From positions 1-64,000 of the IMG/VR virus record IMGVR_UViG_3300021962_008382: a stretch of DNA of 64,000 bases; one strand, given 5' to 3'. Under the pieces are notes generated by a model that made no database searches, was not told where the DNA came from, and worked only from the letters and a program-made list of their open reading frames with translations. Both the position numbers and the translations under genes were made by a program. This document shows, piece after piece, positions 54,118 to 63,639 of the stretch (the first letter of the stretch is position 1; each line of letters opens with the position of its first letter). Origin of the DNA: a virus.

Positions 54118-54852
54118 TTACCATGTAATTTTTATATTATACGGGGCGGGGTCTTTAAGTTTTAATTTTAAGAAAGCATTGATTCTTTCAGCACACGAGG
54201 GACACTTTCCGCATGAATAGCCGTTTTTTCCGGGGTTATAACACGTTATCGTGTTAGCTAAAAGGTCGGTATTACCATCAAGCTCCTGTAGAATTTTTAT
54301 TTCTTCATATTTACTTAAACTACTAAAAGGTGCAATAAGCTTGATTTTTATTATTCTATTTTCAGACAACAAGTCATTAACCTTACCAATCCATCGCGCT
54401 GTAGTGTCGTGATAATTATATTCATCCGTTGATTGAAGACCGCAAAGAATAGTATCTACATTTTTAGTCTCTGCATATGCAGCTGCAATCGACATAAGTA
54501 TCATATTGCGATTAGGGACATACGTTGGAGGACGAGGGTCCCCTAGAACATCTCTAATAGTAGGCATCTCAATGTTTTTATCTACATTAGCTGAGAAACC
54601 TTGAGATATATCTCCTAAGAAAGAAGCATCTACTACTTTATGACAGACCCCTAACATGCTTGTTGATAGCTTGGCGCATTCTATTTCAAATGCCTGTTTC
54701 TGACCGTAAAAAAAAGTAAGAGCCGAAACATTTTCAGCCCCATACTTTTCTACAGCCAGTCGCATGGTAATAGTAGAATCTAAACCACCGGAAAGAATAA
54801 CTACACAACCCTTGGTATCGGGTAGTAAATTAAGAGCTTCACTTAAGATCAT
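54118..54852 (-). CDS. queC: 7-cyano-7-deazaguanine synthase
   Basis: SGGLDST, YGQK, TYVPNRN, TCY...CGKCPSC.ER. Confidence 0.95.
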   Translation of the reverse strand: MILSEALNLLPDTKGCVVILSGGLDSTITMRLAVEKYGAENVSALTFFYGQKQAFEIECAKLSTSMLGVCHKVVDASFLGDISQGFSANVDKNIEMPTIRDVLGDPRPPTYVPNRNMILMSIAAAYAETKNVDTILCGLQSTDEYNYHDTTARWIGKVNDLLSENRIIKIKLIAPFSSLSKYEEIKILQELDGNTDLLANTITCYNPGKNGYSCGKCPSCAERINAFLKLKLKDPAPYNIKITW

Positions 54853-55051
54853 CTTTTACTCTCATCAACTCTTTTTGAATTCTATGAATATACACACAAG
54901 AATCCATAAGCTCTTCCTTGAGGTGTTGTATCCAGTCTTCCAATGATAGATCATTACGCTCAGTGGTAACACCGTATTTGGTAAATCCTTTTTGTGATCT
55001 GCTTACAAACTCTTCACATAGTTCATTTACATTCTTATCAGGTGAGTTCAT
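54839..55051 (-). CDS. Small all-alpha NTP-pyrophosphohydrolase-like protein
   Basis: KYGVT.ER.DL...WIQHLKEELMD..VY; start placed at MNSPD. Confidence 0.6.
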   Translation of the reverse strand: MNSPDKNVNELCEEFVSRSQKGFTKYGVTTERNDLSLEDWIQHLKEELMDSCVYIHRIQKELMRVKDDLK

Positions 55052-55968
55052 TATTGCCTCGGTGTCTTTTGACATGGACGAGTAACGTTAAGAATATTCG
55101 ATTGACGGTAAGCTAATTCATATGAAGAAGCTCGTATAGGGTTGATATCAATGCCCCCTCTCCGAGTATAGAGGCACATCACTAATAGCTCCTCGGGTTG
55201 TATTAGATCCCACAAACGCTTATAAATGCATTCGGTAATCTCTTCATGAAAGTGGTTCTCTTTTCGCATCGATACAATATACTTAAGTAAAGATTCCGGT
55301 GTAACCGCCTTATCCCCTTTAATATGGATATAGACATCTCCCCAATCGGGCTGATTAGTTACACGACAGTTCGATCGAAGTGAGTGTGAACGCCATCTTT
55401 CATACCGTCCAATGGATGGTACTACTTCAAGAATATCAGCTGATTCATTATAATCTGTAAATACCATTTTTTCAATATTACAATACTTCTCAAGCGAGAT
55501 GAAATCGCCTGTGACTGGTTTAAACGTATCTACATCACCTATATGGATAGTTACATTAACTTCACCGCCTACTACATCTGATAAATCCATAGAGATTTTA
55601 TCTTCTATGATCCATAAATCATCTAATGTGGTCATAATCTTATCCATATTATATGAATTAAGATATAACTTGACAGATTTAGATTCTACGATATTAGGTG
55701 TATTAGATTGGTATTGAAATTTTAACCAACCGGATACTGGAAATCCATTCTTAAGAAGAGTGGAAAATTCATACGCGTTCCAGGCATCACCACCTACGAA
55801 AGGCAGATTATCATCTTCGATACCGTAAGCAGTTCTATTAAGAGAACGAGGAACACCGACTAAGAGACTGCTGTCTACTTTATCGGGCGTAACGTATGGT
55901 TTTACTACAGATCCATCTCCAGCTTTACCAAGATGGACCGAAGCTAGTTCGTTAATTTTATCGACCAT
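55051..55968 (-). CDS. queF: preQ0 reductase (bimodular QueF)
   Basis: IVESKSVKLYLNS, LRSNCRVTNQPDWG, FHEE, YTRRGGIDINP. Confidence 0.95.
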   Translation of the reverse strand: MVDKINELASVHLGKAGDGSVVKPYVTPDKVDSSLLVGVPRSLNRTAYGIEDDNLPFVGGDAWNAYEFSTLLKNGFPVSGWLKFQYQSNTPNIVESKSVKLYLNSYNMDKIMTTLDDLWIIEDKISMDLSDVVGGEVNVTIHIGDVDTFKPVTGDFISLEKYCNIEKMVFTDYNESADILEVVPSIGRYERWRSHSLRSNCRVTNQPDWGDVYIHIKGDKAVTPESLLKYIVSMRKENHFHEEITECIYKRLWDLIQPEELLVMCLYTRRGGIDINPIRASSYELAYRQSNILNVTRPCQKTPRQ

Positions 55969-56491
55969 TAATCACCTCAAGTACTTGATTGACTCTTTCT
56001 CTTACGGAGCCGGATACATAATGCACCGGTATGTTATGTTCTTCAATTACATCTATGAAGGATCTATTGATCTGATTCCGAAATGATGTATTGGTAGAAC
56101 GAACACCATCTGAAACTATATCAAACTCTGGTTTAATAAAGAACAGATAATCATAATAAGAAATAAGCTTATGAAACACATTATAGGCTATTTCCATAGT
56201 TTCTTCTTTTATGTTACCGCTCTGTCTTAGCCATTTCGTATACACTAAACCATCTAATACAGTTCGATCAGTAATCATATTCTTATTTAAAAATATATTA
56301 TAAACATGTTTCATCATGATTAACTCTTGAGTATGGTCATTACCTTGCTCGTTAATTGGTAGACCGATTTTTTTTACCCATCGAGTTACTTCGTCACACA
56401 CTACGTAATCTTGAAATTCCTTTTCTGATCTTAGAGCGTTAAGCAGAGTTGTCTTACCTACTGACTGCGACCCCGTTATTCCAATACGCAT
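55958..56491 (-). CDS. P-loop nucleotide kinase (AAA_28/NadR-like)
   Basis: GSQSVGKTT, ITDRTVLD, DGVR. Confidence 0.8.
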   Translation of the reverse strand: MRIGITGSQSVGKTTLLNALRSEKEFQDYVVCDEVTRWVKKIGLPINEQGNDHTQELIMMKHVYNIFLNKNMITDRTVLDGLVYTKWLRQSGNIKEETMEIAYNVFHKLISYYDYLFFIKPEFDIVSDGVRSTNTSFRNQINRSFIDVIEEHNIPVHYVSGSVRERVNQVLEVINGR

Positions 56492-57023
56492 TAGTTCTCA
56501 TCCTCATGAATTGTGTCCACGATTGTAATGACAATTCCTTTAAAGTTCCATATACTTCATCTAAGTTTTTTGCCAGATTCTTTTGGTGCTTCTTAGTATA
56601 AATCTCACCAGCATCTACTTCAGGTATTACTCTATGAACTACTGATCCCAGAGTATTATATTTACCCTCCCATGTTCTTACTTGCGGGTCCTTACCTTTG
56701 AGTTCTGGGTAGATATCAATAGCTGCAGGGTGGCCATTATAAATCTCATACATTTCACAAACGTCTTGTGGTACAAGTCGAAGATATCCATGCAGGGTAA
56801 TTATAGTATCACAGGGTCGCCAAAGGGTCTGTTCTCGTAAGAAGGTCATCAGCATATCGTGACTGCCATACTGAATCGGCGCACCAATCATTCTAAGCTT
56901 AGGGTTAATTTTTAATGTCGTCTCGTAATTATTAGTAGCAATTAAATCCGGTACTTTGTTTAAAGATTGGGATAACTGAACAATCTCAGAACCGGTCTGA
57001 CTAAAAAATGCAATCCATTTCAC
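56454..57023 (-). CDS. PurN-like formyltransferase (DpdN candidate)
   Basis: FSQTGS, LHGYLR, YNGHP, GSVVH.V..EVDAGE. Confidence 0.85.
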   Translation of the reverse strand: MKWIAFFSQTGSEIVQLSQSLNKVPDLIATNNYETTLKINPKLRMIGAPIQYGSHDMLMTFLREQTLWRPCDTIITLHGYLRLVPQDVCEMYEIYNGHPAAIDIYPELKGKDPQVRTWEGKYNTLGSVVHRVIPEVDAGEIYTKKHQKNLAKNLDEVYGTLKELSLQSWTQFMRMRTNAYWNNGVAVSR

Positions 57024-57829
57024 TCATAATCTCCTGTTACAATTTGTCTAAACACATCAATATTCAAGTCAATAATATCAGAAGAAATATTATCAGGTTG
57101 AGCATTAATAAGGTTAACCAGCTTGGTAGATTCTTTAGTCATCAGACCGGTAGATTCATACATTATATTTTTTAGACCATGTACTATAGGGTTAGATGTA
57201 TCGACTGATTCTATCCAATCAAACCCGTTACGATAAAATAGGAATTCAATAGGAAGAGAACAACCTAACAGATGATGTGGTTTACTTTGATTTATAATAC
57301 CTTCTTCCAACATCCTACTCAGTACATGAACTCGGCCTAGCGCAAATGATACCCACTTATTAGGGTGTGGAAATACTTTTTGATAATAAGAATAATCAAA
57401 AGAAATAGCCAACTTATCTACGTTGATTATTTCATCTAGATACCGATAACAGCCAACAATTTCTTCATATGATCTACCCTGAGCCACTCCAATACTTTTA
57501 CATTGCTGTGGAATACTATCTGCATAAGTAGTCTTCCATTTAACCGCATTAGTAATAGTAGAGATACTATCTTCTAACGCATCTGGAAGAATATATTCGG
57601 TTGGAACTAGTTTCTTAACCCACTCTGCATACTTATTCATATCGAATGCAGTTCCTAATTCGAATATCGAGTTATCTAAAATAACCTCTCGACCCATTTT
57701 AAGAGAATCAACAAAGAACTCATGATATTGTGGTATTTCATCTAGAAGGTGTACTAAACAATAATCATAGTCATTATACACTCTCGAATGTTCGAGCATC
57801 GATAGAGGGGATTCATGTGAAATTTTCAT
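57020..57829 (-). CDS. TGT-like TIM barrel, candidate DpdA-family deazaguanine transglycosylase
   Basis: ILDNSIFE, ILPD, GVAQG, HHLLG, SVDTS motifs in TGT/DpdA order; context of que genes. Confidence 0.7.
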   Translation of the reverse strand: MKISHESPLSMLEHSRVYNDYDYCLVHLLDEIPQYHEFFVDSLKMGREVILDNSIFELGTAFDMNKYAEWVKKLVPTEYILPDALEDSISTITNAVKWKTTYADSIPQQCKSIGVAQGRSYEEIVGCYRYLDEIINVDKLAISFDYSYYQKVFPHPNKWVSFALGRVHVLSRMLEEGIINQSKPHHLLGCSLPIEFLFYRNGFDWIESVDTSNPIVHGLKNIMYESTGLMTKESTKLVNLINAQPDNISSDIIDLNIDVFRQIVTGDYE

Positions 57830-58263
57830 TGTAATTGCTCAATTATCTCTGTTTTTACTGGGACCCACAACAATAAATCACCAAATTTATTAGGTTTTTT
57901 CCTAGATAAATTTGCCCGTATATAATCTATCATATCATTAACTTTATAACGGTAGATGGATTTTGTTTCAGTATCTACACCATAAATTTCTTTTGCTGCA
58001 GATGAATATATCCACCCAACATTTTCACGTCTTTTATTATAAAGTTCAACACCAAGGTAACCTTTAAAATAATTGGACTTTACATCTACCGGTACACCAT
58101 TAATAATAAAGTCAATCTTTAAATTAACTTGACTGTTAGGATCTACTTTGTGTTCGTAATTAAGCTTATTATGCTCACAGTAAATACGAACAATCTCTTC
58201 ACCCTCGTCCCCTTTGGCTCCGTTAGTACCGTATCTACCTTCTGAATTATTATACCAGGTCAT
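57826..58263 (-). CDS. PD-(D/E)xK-like nuclease
   Basis: GDEGE...IDFII...VDVKS. Confidence 0.55.
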   Translation of the reverse strand: MTWYNNSEGRYGTNGAKGDEGEEIVRIYCEHNKLNYEHKVDPNSQVNLKIDFIINGVPVDVKSNYFKGYLGVELYNKRRENVGWIYSSAAKEIYGVDTETKSIYRYKVNDMIDYIRANLSRKKPNKFGDLLLWVPVKTEIIEQLQ

Positions 58264-58264
58264 A

Positions 58265-58942
58265 TTAGCGTTTAATTAAAGACATAAACTCAGCACGGGC
58301 TTCAGGTTCAGTTCTAAAACACCCACCCAGCTTAGCAGTGTAAGTATAAGAGGAATGATCTTCCACCCCTCTCGACTTTACACAATAATGAACCCCTTCA
58401 ATAACAACTGCAATATCCTCAGTACCAAGAATAAATGCAAGAGAATGATATACTTGCTCAGCAATGCGTTCTTGGACCTGCGGTCGTCGAGCAAAATATT
58501 CAACGATACGATTAAGCTTAGACAAACCGAGAACTTTATCTTTAGGAATATATGCTATATGGGCTTTACCGTCAATAGTTACAAAATGATGTTCGCAGTT
58601 AGACATTAATGTAATGTCTTTTTCAATTACCATCTCATCGTAACCCATCTTATTCTGAATTACAGTTACCTTAGGAAAATTATCTGGTTTCAACCCCCAG
58701 AAAATTTCATTTACATACATCTTTGCAACACGTTTAGGGGTATCAATAAGAGAATCATCTTGAAGATCTAAACCCAAAGTTTCCATAATAGATGTAAAAT
58801 ATTTTTCGATCTTTTTAATCTTCCATTCTTCTTTCTTAAGAAGAGGATCAATCAGCGTAGGGGTATGAACCCCTTTCGATTTTAAATACTCTTCCACTTT
58901 ATAACCGAGCTCGGCATCGGTTTTACCTTTTTGAAACGACAT
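58265..58942 (-). CDS. folE: GTP cyclohydrolase I
   Basis: TPKRVAKMY, CEHH, GLSKLNR, RPQVQER, HYCVKSRGV. Confidence 0.97.
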   Translation of the reverse strand: MSFQKGKTDAELGYKVEEYLKSKGVHTPTLIDPLLKKEEWKIKKIEKYFTSIMETLGLDLQDDSLIDTPKRVAKMYVNEIFWGLKPDNFPKVTVIQNKMGYDEMVIEKDITLMSNCEHHFVTIDGKAHIAYIPKDKVLGLSKLNRIVEYFARRPQVQERIAEQVYHSLAFILGTEDIAVVIEGVHYCVKSRGVEDHSSYTYTAKLGGCFRTEPEARAEFMSLIKR

Positions 58943-58960
58943 ACTTTACTCCTTAGTTAA

Positions 58961-59797
58961 TTAAGTTCCCCACTCGTTTTTGAAAAGAGGAACCTGCAAT
59001 CTATCTGAATATCTCCATCCTCTCTTCATAGCCATCTCAGCTACTGTTCGATTATTGAGATGATATACTGATTCCACACCACCTACGGGCATCAAGTATA
59101 CAGGACCTTTAAACCCAGCTTGCCTGTATAGTTTAACAGCTTTCTCGGCATCCTCTGCATCTTCTTTTGTTGCTACCACAAACTTAAGATAAGTATACCC
59201 TACCTCTTCATAAGATGCTACGATATCCGGTAGAATAGCATCTTCCCATTTTTCACCTGAGACCGGTAGTTTAGGTGATACGGAAAATGTGATACCATCC
59301 CATTTAAAACCGTAAAGTGAACGCTCAAGTTCTTCAGTAATTACTTGTGTTCCGTTAGTTTCAAAAGTGACATCTGTCAACGTCATCATCTTTTCGTTTT
59401 CTAACAAAGCCGGGTAAGCTCGTTGCCACCCGAGAAGTGGTTCCCCACCAGTTATAACTAAATGCTCTCCATCCCATACACCATGGGGAAGTAATTGTAT
59501 AATCTTTTCTACGATAGTTTCAACCGACAGCATCGGTGAAAGATGTTTAAACCTTACGTCCCAAGATGCGTAAGAATCACATCCTGTAGAGACTAAAGGT
59601 AACTCTTCGTATTTTTTGAAAGACTTTGCATCGGTAGCGATTATATCACGCTCAGTAGAAACTTCACCTATAGGCATACCGAAGCCTGAGCAAGTAAAGT
59701 TACAACCGAAGGTACGGAGAAACACAGACGGTACGCCCATGTACCGCCCTTCACCCTGAATAGAGTAAAACAGTTCTGCTATTTTTATCTTGGACAT
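58961..59797 (-). CDS. queE: 7-carboxy-7-deazaguanine synthase (radical SAM)
   Basis: ELFYSIQGEG, FLRTFGCNFTC...GCDS, ITGGEP, FETNGT, VSPK. Confidence 0.93.
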   Translation of the reverse strand: MSKIKIAELFYSIQGEGRYMGVPSVFLRTFGCNFTCSGFGMPIGEVSTERDIIATDAKSFKKYEELPLVSTGCDSYASWDVRFKHLSPMLSVETIVEKIIQLLPHGVWDGEHLVITGGEPLLGWQRAYPALLENEKMMTLTDVTFETNGTQVITEELERSLYGFKWDGITFSVSPKLPVSGEKWEDAILPDIVASYEEVGYTYLKFVVATKEDAEDAEKAVKLYRQAGFKGPVYLMPVGGVESVYHLNNRTVAEMAMKRGWRYSDRLQVPLFKNEWGT

Positions 59798-59846
59798 TTA
59801 TGCTCCTAGTTTTGTTAATAGGTGGAAGGGCACCTATCACCTGCAC

Positions 59847-59875
59847 ATTATAAATTATAACAATCAGAAAATCCA
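59847..59875 (-). promoter_or_regulatory. sigma70-type promoter upstream of the que cluster
   Basis: TGGATT-17 bp-TATAAT; same -35 variant as some early cassettes. Confidence 0.6.
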
Positions 59876-60466
59876 CTACTCCATATCTGAATTATCCGAT
59901 TCATCGTAACTATCAACCTTTTTTTCACGCTGCTTAATCATCTTGCGTTCTGGTTCGATAGTATCATTATGTTTCTTTACTAGCTCCAAAAGATAATTTA
60001 CAAATTCTTCATTATCTTCTGCTTGCGAGACAATTTGATCGATATCAATATTATCTAGTAACCTATATTTAGTTGCCTGATACTTTTTTTCTTTCTGAAT
60101 TCTTCTTACGAATGCAAAAAAAGTTATCTGAGTGTAGTAAGCAAAGGGGTTTGAAAATCTCGTAGGGTCAAATTTATCGACTGCAGATAAGCAATTTTCT
60201 ATACCGTCAGATATCATATCATCTTTAAAAGTATAGTTAATAAAATTACCCTTATAAGAAAGGTGAGTTGCTATCTTAATGAAGCAATCGCCTATGTAGT
60301 TACTTACTTTAGGTTTGGGCAAACCCTTGGCAGCTGCATCTGCAACTTGAGCTCTATACTCAATTAAAGCTTCGAGAAATTTTTTATTATCAACGTAGTG
60401 AGCATTTCTAAGCTCAATGGATTGTTGGCTTTTCTGCGACTTCGCTTTCTTCTTCATCATCTGCAT
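59876..60466 (-). CDS. 55: Late-transcription sigma factor gp55
   Basis: HYVDNKKF, YIGDCFIKIATHLS, DMISDGIENC, NPFAYYTQI..FAF.RRIQKEKK. Confidence 0.96.
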   Translation of the reverse strand: MQMMKKKAKSQKSQQSIELRNAHYVDNKKFLEALIEYRAQVADAAAKGLPKPKVSNYIGDCFIKIATHLSYKGNFINYTFKDDMISDGIENCLSAVDKFDPTRFSNPFAYYTQITFFAFVRRIQKEKKYQATKYRLLDNIDIDQIVSQAEDNEEFVNYLLELVKKHNDTIEPERKMIKQREKKVDSYDESDNSDME

Positions 60467-60815
60467 TACTAATATAGTCCATGAGTTCGTTTAGATAAGA
60501 ATATTCTTCGGAATCTTCTTTGCCTACCATTCTAATATATTCTTCGTACTTATTAGAAGCTTCTTGAGATAGCCTTGCAACAGCAAGAATAGAACTACCT
60601 TTGATGTGTATTATACTATCATCAGTCATATTAATCCACGGGTTTATAGAACAACCTTGATATACTCTGCCATTTTTATCAGCAGTTCTATAATAATTAA
60701 CGAGCATAGGGTGATGAAGTTCAACTAGTTCTGAATCTTCAAAATAAAAAATATCCTCAGCAATTTGTGCTAAAAGCTCATCACCGCTTATGAGTTTAAT
60801 TATTCTATTATACAT
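60414..60815 (-). CDS. Conserved hypothetical protein between UvsW and gp55
   Basis: IIKLISGDELLA N-terminus; synteny. Confidence 0.7.
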   Translation of the reverse strand: MYNRIIKLISGDELLAQIAEDIFYFEDSELVELHHPMLVNYYRTADKNGRVYQGCSINPWINMTDDSIIHIKGSSILAVARLSQEASNKYEEYIRMVGKEDSEEYSYLNELMDYISNADDEEESEVAEKPTIH

Positions 60816-62293
60816 TAGATATCTACCTTTACAGTATTGTAATCGAATTTTTCATCGTTGTAGATTTTAATTCTTTCGATCATATGAAGCAAGGTATAGT
60901 TTTTTCTACCTTTCCATTCCATATCATCACCAATATCGTAAAGCTTGCATTGCTCTTTCTGATCACCTTTTCTCAGCCCTCGGCCGATAGACTGAAGATT
61001 TCTAATTCTTGATTTACCAGAGGATGCAAATATAATATTATGAAGGTTTTTTATATTTATACCCGTACTATAAGTACCATATGATGCGACAATTATAGCA
61101 TCAGTTTCTTTCTCTATAATCTTTCTTATTTGTTCTCTTGACTCAGTTTCAGTAGCACCTGATACAAAAAATACTTTTCGATTTTCAGCTTTCTTAGATA
61201 TCATATCATGTAATAGCTTACCGTGCTTCTCAACATACTGAAACAGTACCAGTGTGTTACCTTGCTGAGAGGTAGCAAGGTTTCTTATAAACTTATTTCT
61301 TGCTTCGTATTGTAGTAGAAAGTCTACCTCTTCCTGATATTTAAGTTTGGAGTTTTGTTTTCTTATTTCTGGTGAGTAAGACAATACTAAGCAAAATATT
61401 TTTATATCTGCAAGTTGATCTTTATCAATTAACTCTCTTGTTGTAGTAACATGATACACTTGACCGAACATACCTTCTAAAACTAGCTTGTGAGTCTTAG
61501 TGCCGTCTAGCGTACCGGTTGTACCTATCCTGTATTGAGCTTTAGTTAACTTACCCATGATACTGGTAAGAGACTTTGCTTTGAAAGTATGACTTTCATC
61601 ACCTACGACGACATCGAATACCTCAAACCATTTCTTAGGCAATTCATAAACCGATTGCCAAGTAGATATTACAATTGGCAGATCCGTTATCTTTTCATGA
61701 CCCGAATATATTCGATGGCAGTTAGTAATTACATCCCAACCATTTAAGCAGGAATAATCCTGAAAGTCAGAATACATTTGTTCAACTAGTGACGTAGTAG
61801 GTACCAGGATAAGCTGTCTCTTTTCAAATTGTTCGTACCATCTAAGTAGACAATAGATTATTAGAGATTTACCAGACCCTGTTGGAGATAGTAGCAAGCG
61901 TCTTTCATCACAAATAGCTTTGTATACTGCCTCTATTTGATAGTCGCGAATCAGAAGAGGGTTACCTCCTGATCCTAGATTTAGATTGCTGCAAAACTCA
62001 GCAACTTGATCGTAAGTAACATCAGTATCTTTAGTCGGAAGATCTGTACTATCGATAGGGTAGTTATTTACTTCACAAAAATGCTTTAAGTAAGGAAGAA
62101 GACCGACATACAGCTCTTTTGTCACTAATGAGTATAGTCGAAGTTTACCATCCCACATTTTGTTGCGATACATAGGTGTAAATTTCGCACCAGGTACTTC
62201 AAAAGTAAAGTGCTCAGAAATCTCTTGTGCGATAGACATCTCGCACAAAACTTTCATATAGACTTCATCGCGCTTAATTATTTTTACAGACAC
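60815..62293 (-). CDS. uvsW: UvsW helicase
   Basis: WDGKLRL, RDYQ, SPTGSGKS, GDESH, GTTGT, QSIGRGLR. Confidence 0.96.
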   Translation of the reverse strand: MSVKIIKRDEVYMKVLCEMSIAQEISEHFTFEVPGAKFTPMYRNKMWDGKLRLYSLVTKELYVGLLPYLKHFCEVNNYPIDSTDLPTKDTDVTYDQVAEFCSNLNLGSGGNPLLIRDYQIEAVYKAICDERRLLLSPTGSGKSLIIYCLLRWYEQFEKRQLILVPTTSLVEQMYSDFQDYSCLNGWDVITNCHRIYSGHEKITDLPIVISTWQSVYELPKKWFEVFDVVVGDESHTFKAKSLTSIMGKLTKAQYRIGTTGTLDGTKTHKLVLEGMFGQVYHVTTTRELIDKDQLADIKIFCLVLSYSPEIRKQNSKLKYQEEVDFLLQYEARNKFIRNLATSQQGNTLVLFQYVEKHGKLLHDMISKKAENRKVFFVSGATETESREQIRKIIEKETDAIIVASYGTYSTGINIKNLHNIIFASSGKSRIRNLQSIGRGLRKGDQKEQCKLYDIGDDMEWKGRKNYTLLHMIERIKIYNDEKFDYNTVKVDI

Positions 62294-62733
62294 TAAAATG
62301 CACCATTAGTAAACTTAGTATATTCTATTGCTGACTTAATATCCCAAGTTCTAGAATTTATCGAGCGTATAATTTGCTCAAGCGTATAAATTACAGTTTT
62401 AAAATACTCGACTTTGTCGACTAGCTCTACCAGGTCAGTATCGCTTTGCAAGAATTCATCCATCTCAGCTTTGAGAGGTTTATTGCCTTGGTACTGCAAC
62501 CAGTCCATCGCTTGAAGTTCTTCTTGAGTTAGTTCGCCTCGATAGTAACGATACTTTATCTTGCGAGTACGTAGATAATCTGACTCTGCTTTTCTAAGCT
62601 GTAACTTAGCTTTAGATAACAGAGTCAGATACTTGGCGTGTAAAGTTGGAACCTTAGTTGCTTCTCTACCAAGGTTCAACTCATCAATGGCCGAATCAAT
62701 AGCCCATTGATCGGTGATATCAGTTAATTTCAT
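62293..62733 (-). CDS. uvsY: UvsY recombination mediator
   Basis: W..DS.ID...LHAKY...YYRG...IKSAIEY.KF. Confidence 0.9.
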   Translation of the reverse strand: MKLTDITDQWAIDSAIDELNLGREATKVPTLHAKYLTLLSKAKLQLRKAESDYLRTRKIKYRYYRGELTQEELQAMDWLQYQGNKPLKAEMDEFLQSDTDLVELVDKVEYFKTVIYTLEQIIRSINSRTWDIKSAIEYTKFTNGAF

Positions 62734-62751
62734 AATATAAGATTAATCTAC

Positions 62752-63621
62752 TTAGTCAGGAAGATCAATCGTTTTTACTTCTTGTGGTACCGGTTGTTGT
62801 TGTTGTGGTTTTTCCCAGTTAATGATCGCTTGCGGGTTACCCTGGAAGCAGAAATGACCGTAATGGTTTAGAGAAATAGTAGGATCTAACCAGATATCAC
62901 CGCCAATATCCTGCCAGCGACGACAGAACGTATAATCTTCTGAAAGGTATCGACGATCTACCGGGTCAATCATAGTATCAAATAGCGCATAGAAATTATC
63001 TTTAAGATCGCCGTTATTGATTACTACATCGTTGTTGTACTTAATTTCCGGGTAAGCGCGAATCAGCTTTAGAATAGCGTCTCGCTTGATCATCATGAAA
63101 CCGGTGCCTGCGTCGTGTAATTTAACAAGACCATTCTCTACAGCGATTGATTTGGTTTCACGATTAGTAAATTTAAAGTTAACAGCGTAGTCAGAACCGT
63201 GAGCTGCTATTTCTTTATCTGTAAGCGGTTGGTCGAGAGGAGTAGTGTGCATATTTTGACGAATACGATTCCAGGCAACTCCTTTCTTAGGATACGCCCC
63301 TACAGCCACTTCTTTATCTGCTGCGTAGAGCTTCAACACATCCTCTACACTAAACTCGATATCTGCGTCAATAAAGAGAAGATGTGTATAATCTGAATTA
63401 AGGAAATACGCTAGTAGTACGTTACGGGCTCTAGTAACTAGAGACTCGTTAGCAATTGTACCGAATGCTAGAGGAATTTGATGCTGGTTGAAAAAGGTCA
63501 TCATTCTGATGGTAGACCTAAAATAAGGCTCCATCAATTGACCACCATAGCAGGGGGTTGCGATAAAGAATTTATTCTTGCGGATTTCTTCCAGACTAAT
63601 CTGGCGAGTTTGGTTTTGCAT
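62752..63621 (-). CDS. Glycosyltransferase-like protein
   Basis: FIATPCYGG, ESLVTRARN, LLFIDADI, GTGFMMI, YLSEDYTFC. Confidence 0.8.
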   Translation of the reverse strand: MQNQTRQISLEEIRKNKFFIATPCYGGQLMEPYFRSTIRMMTFFNQHQIPLAFGTIANESLVTRARNVLLAYFLNSDYTHLLFIDADIEFSVEDVLKLYAADKEVAVGAYPKKGVAWNRIRQNMHTTPLDQPLTDKEIAAHGSDYAVNFKFTNRETKSIAVENGLVKLHDAGTGFMMIKRDAILKLIRAYPEIKYNNDVVINNGDLKDNFYALFDTMIDPVDRRYLSEDYTFCRRWQDIGGDIWLDPTISLNHYGHFCFQGNPQAIINWEKPQQQQPVPQEVKTIDLPD

Positions 63622-63639
63622 GATCTACTCCAAGGTTAA

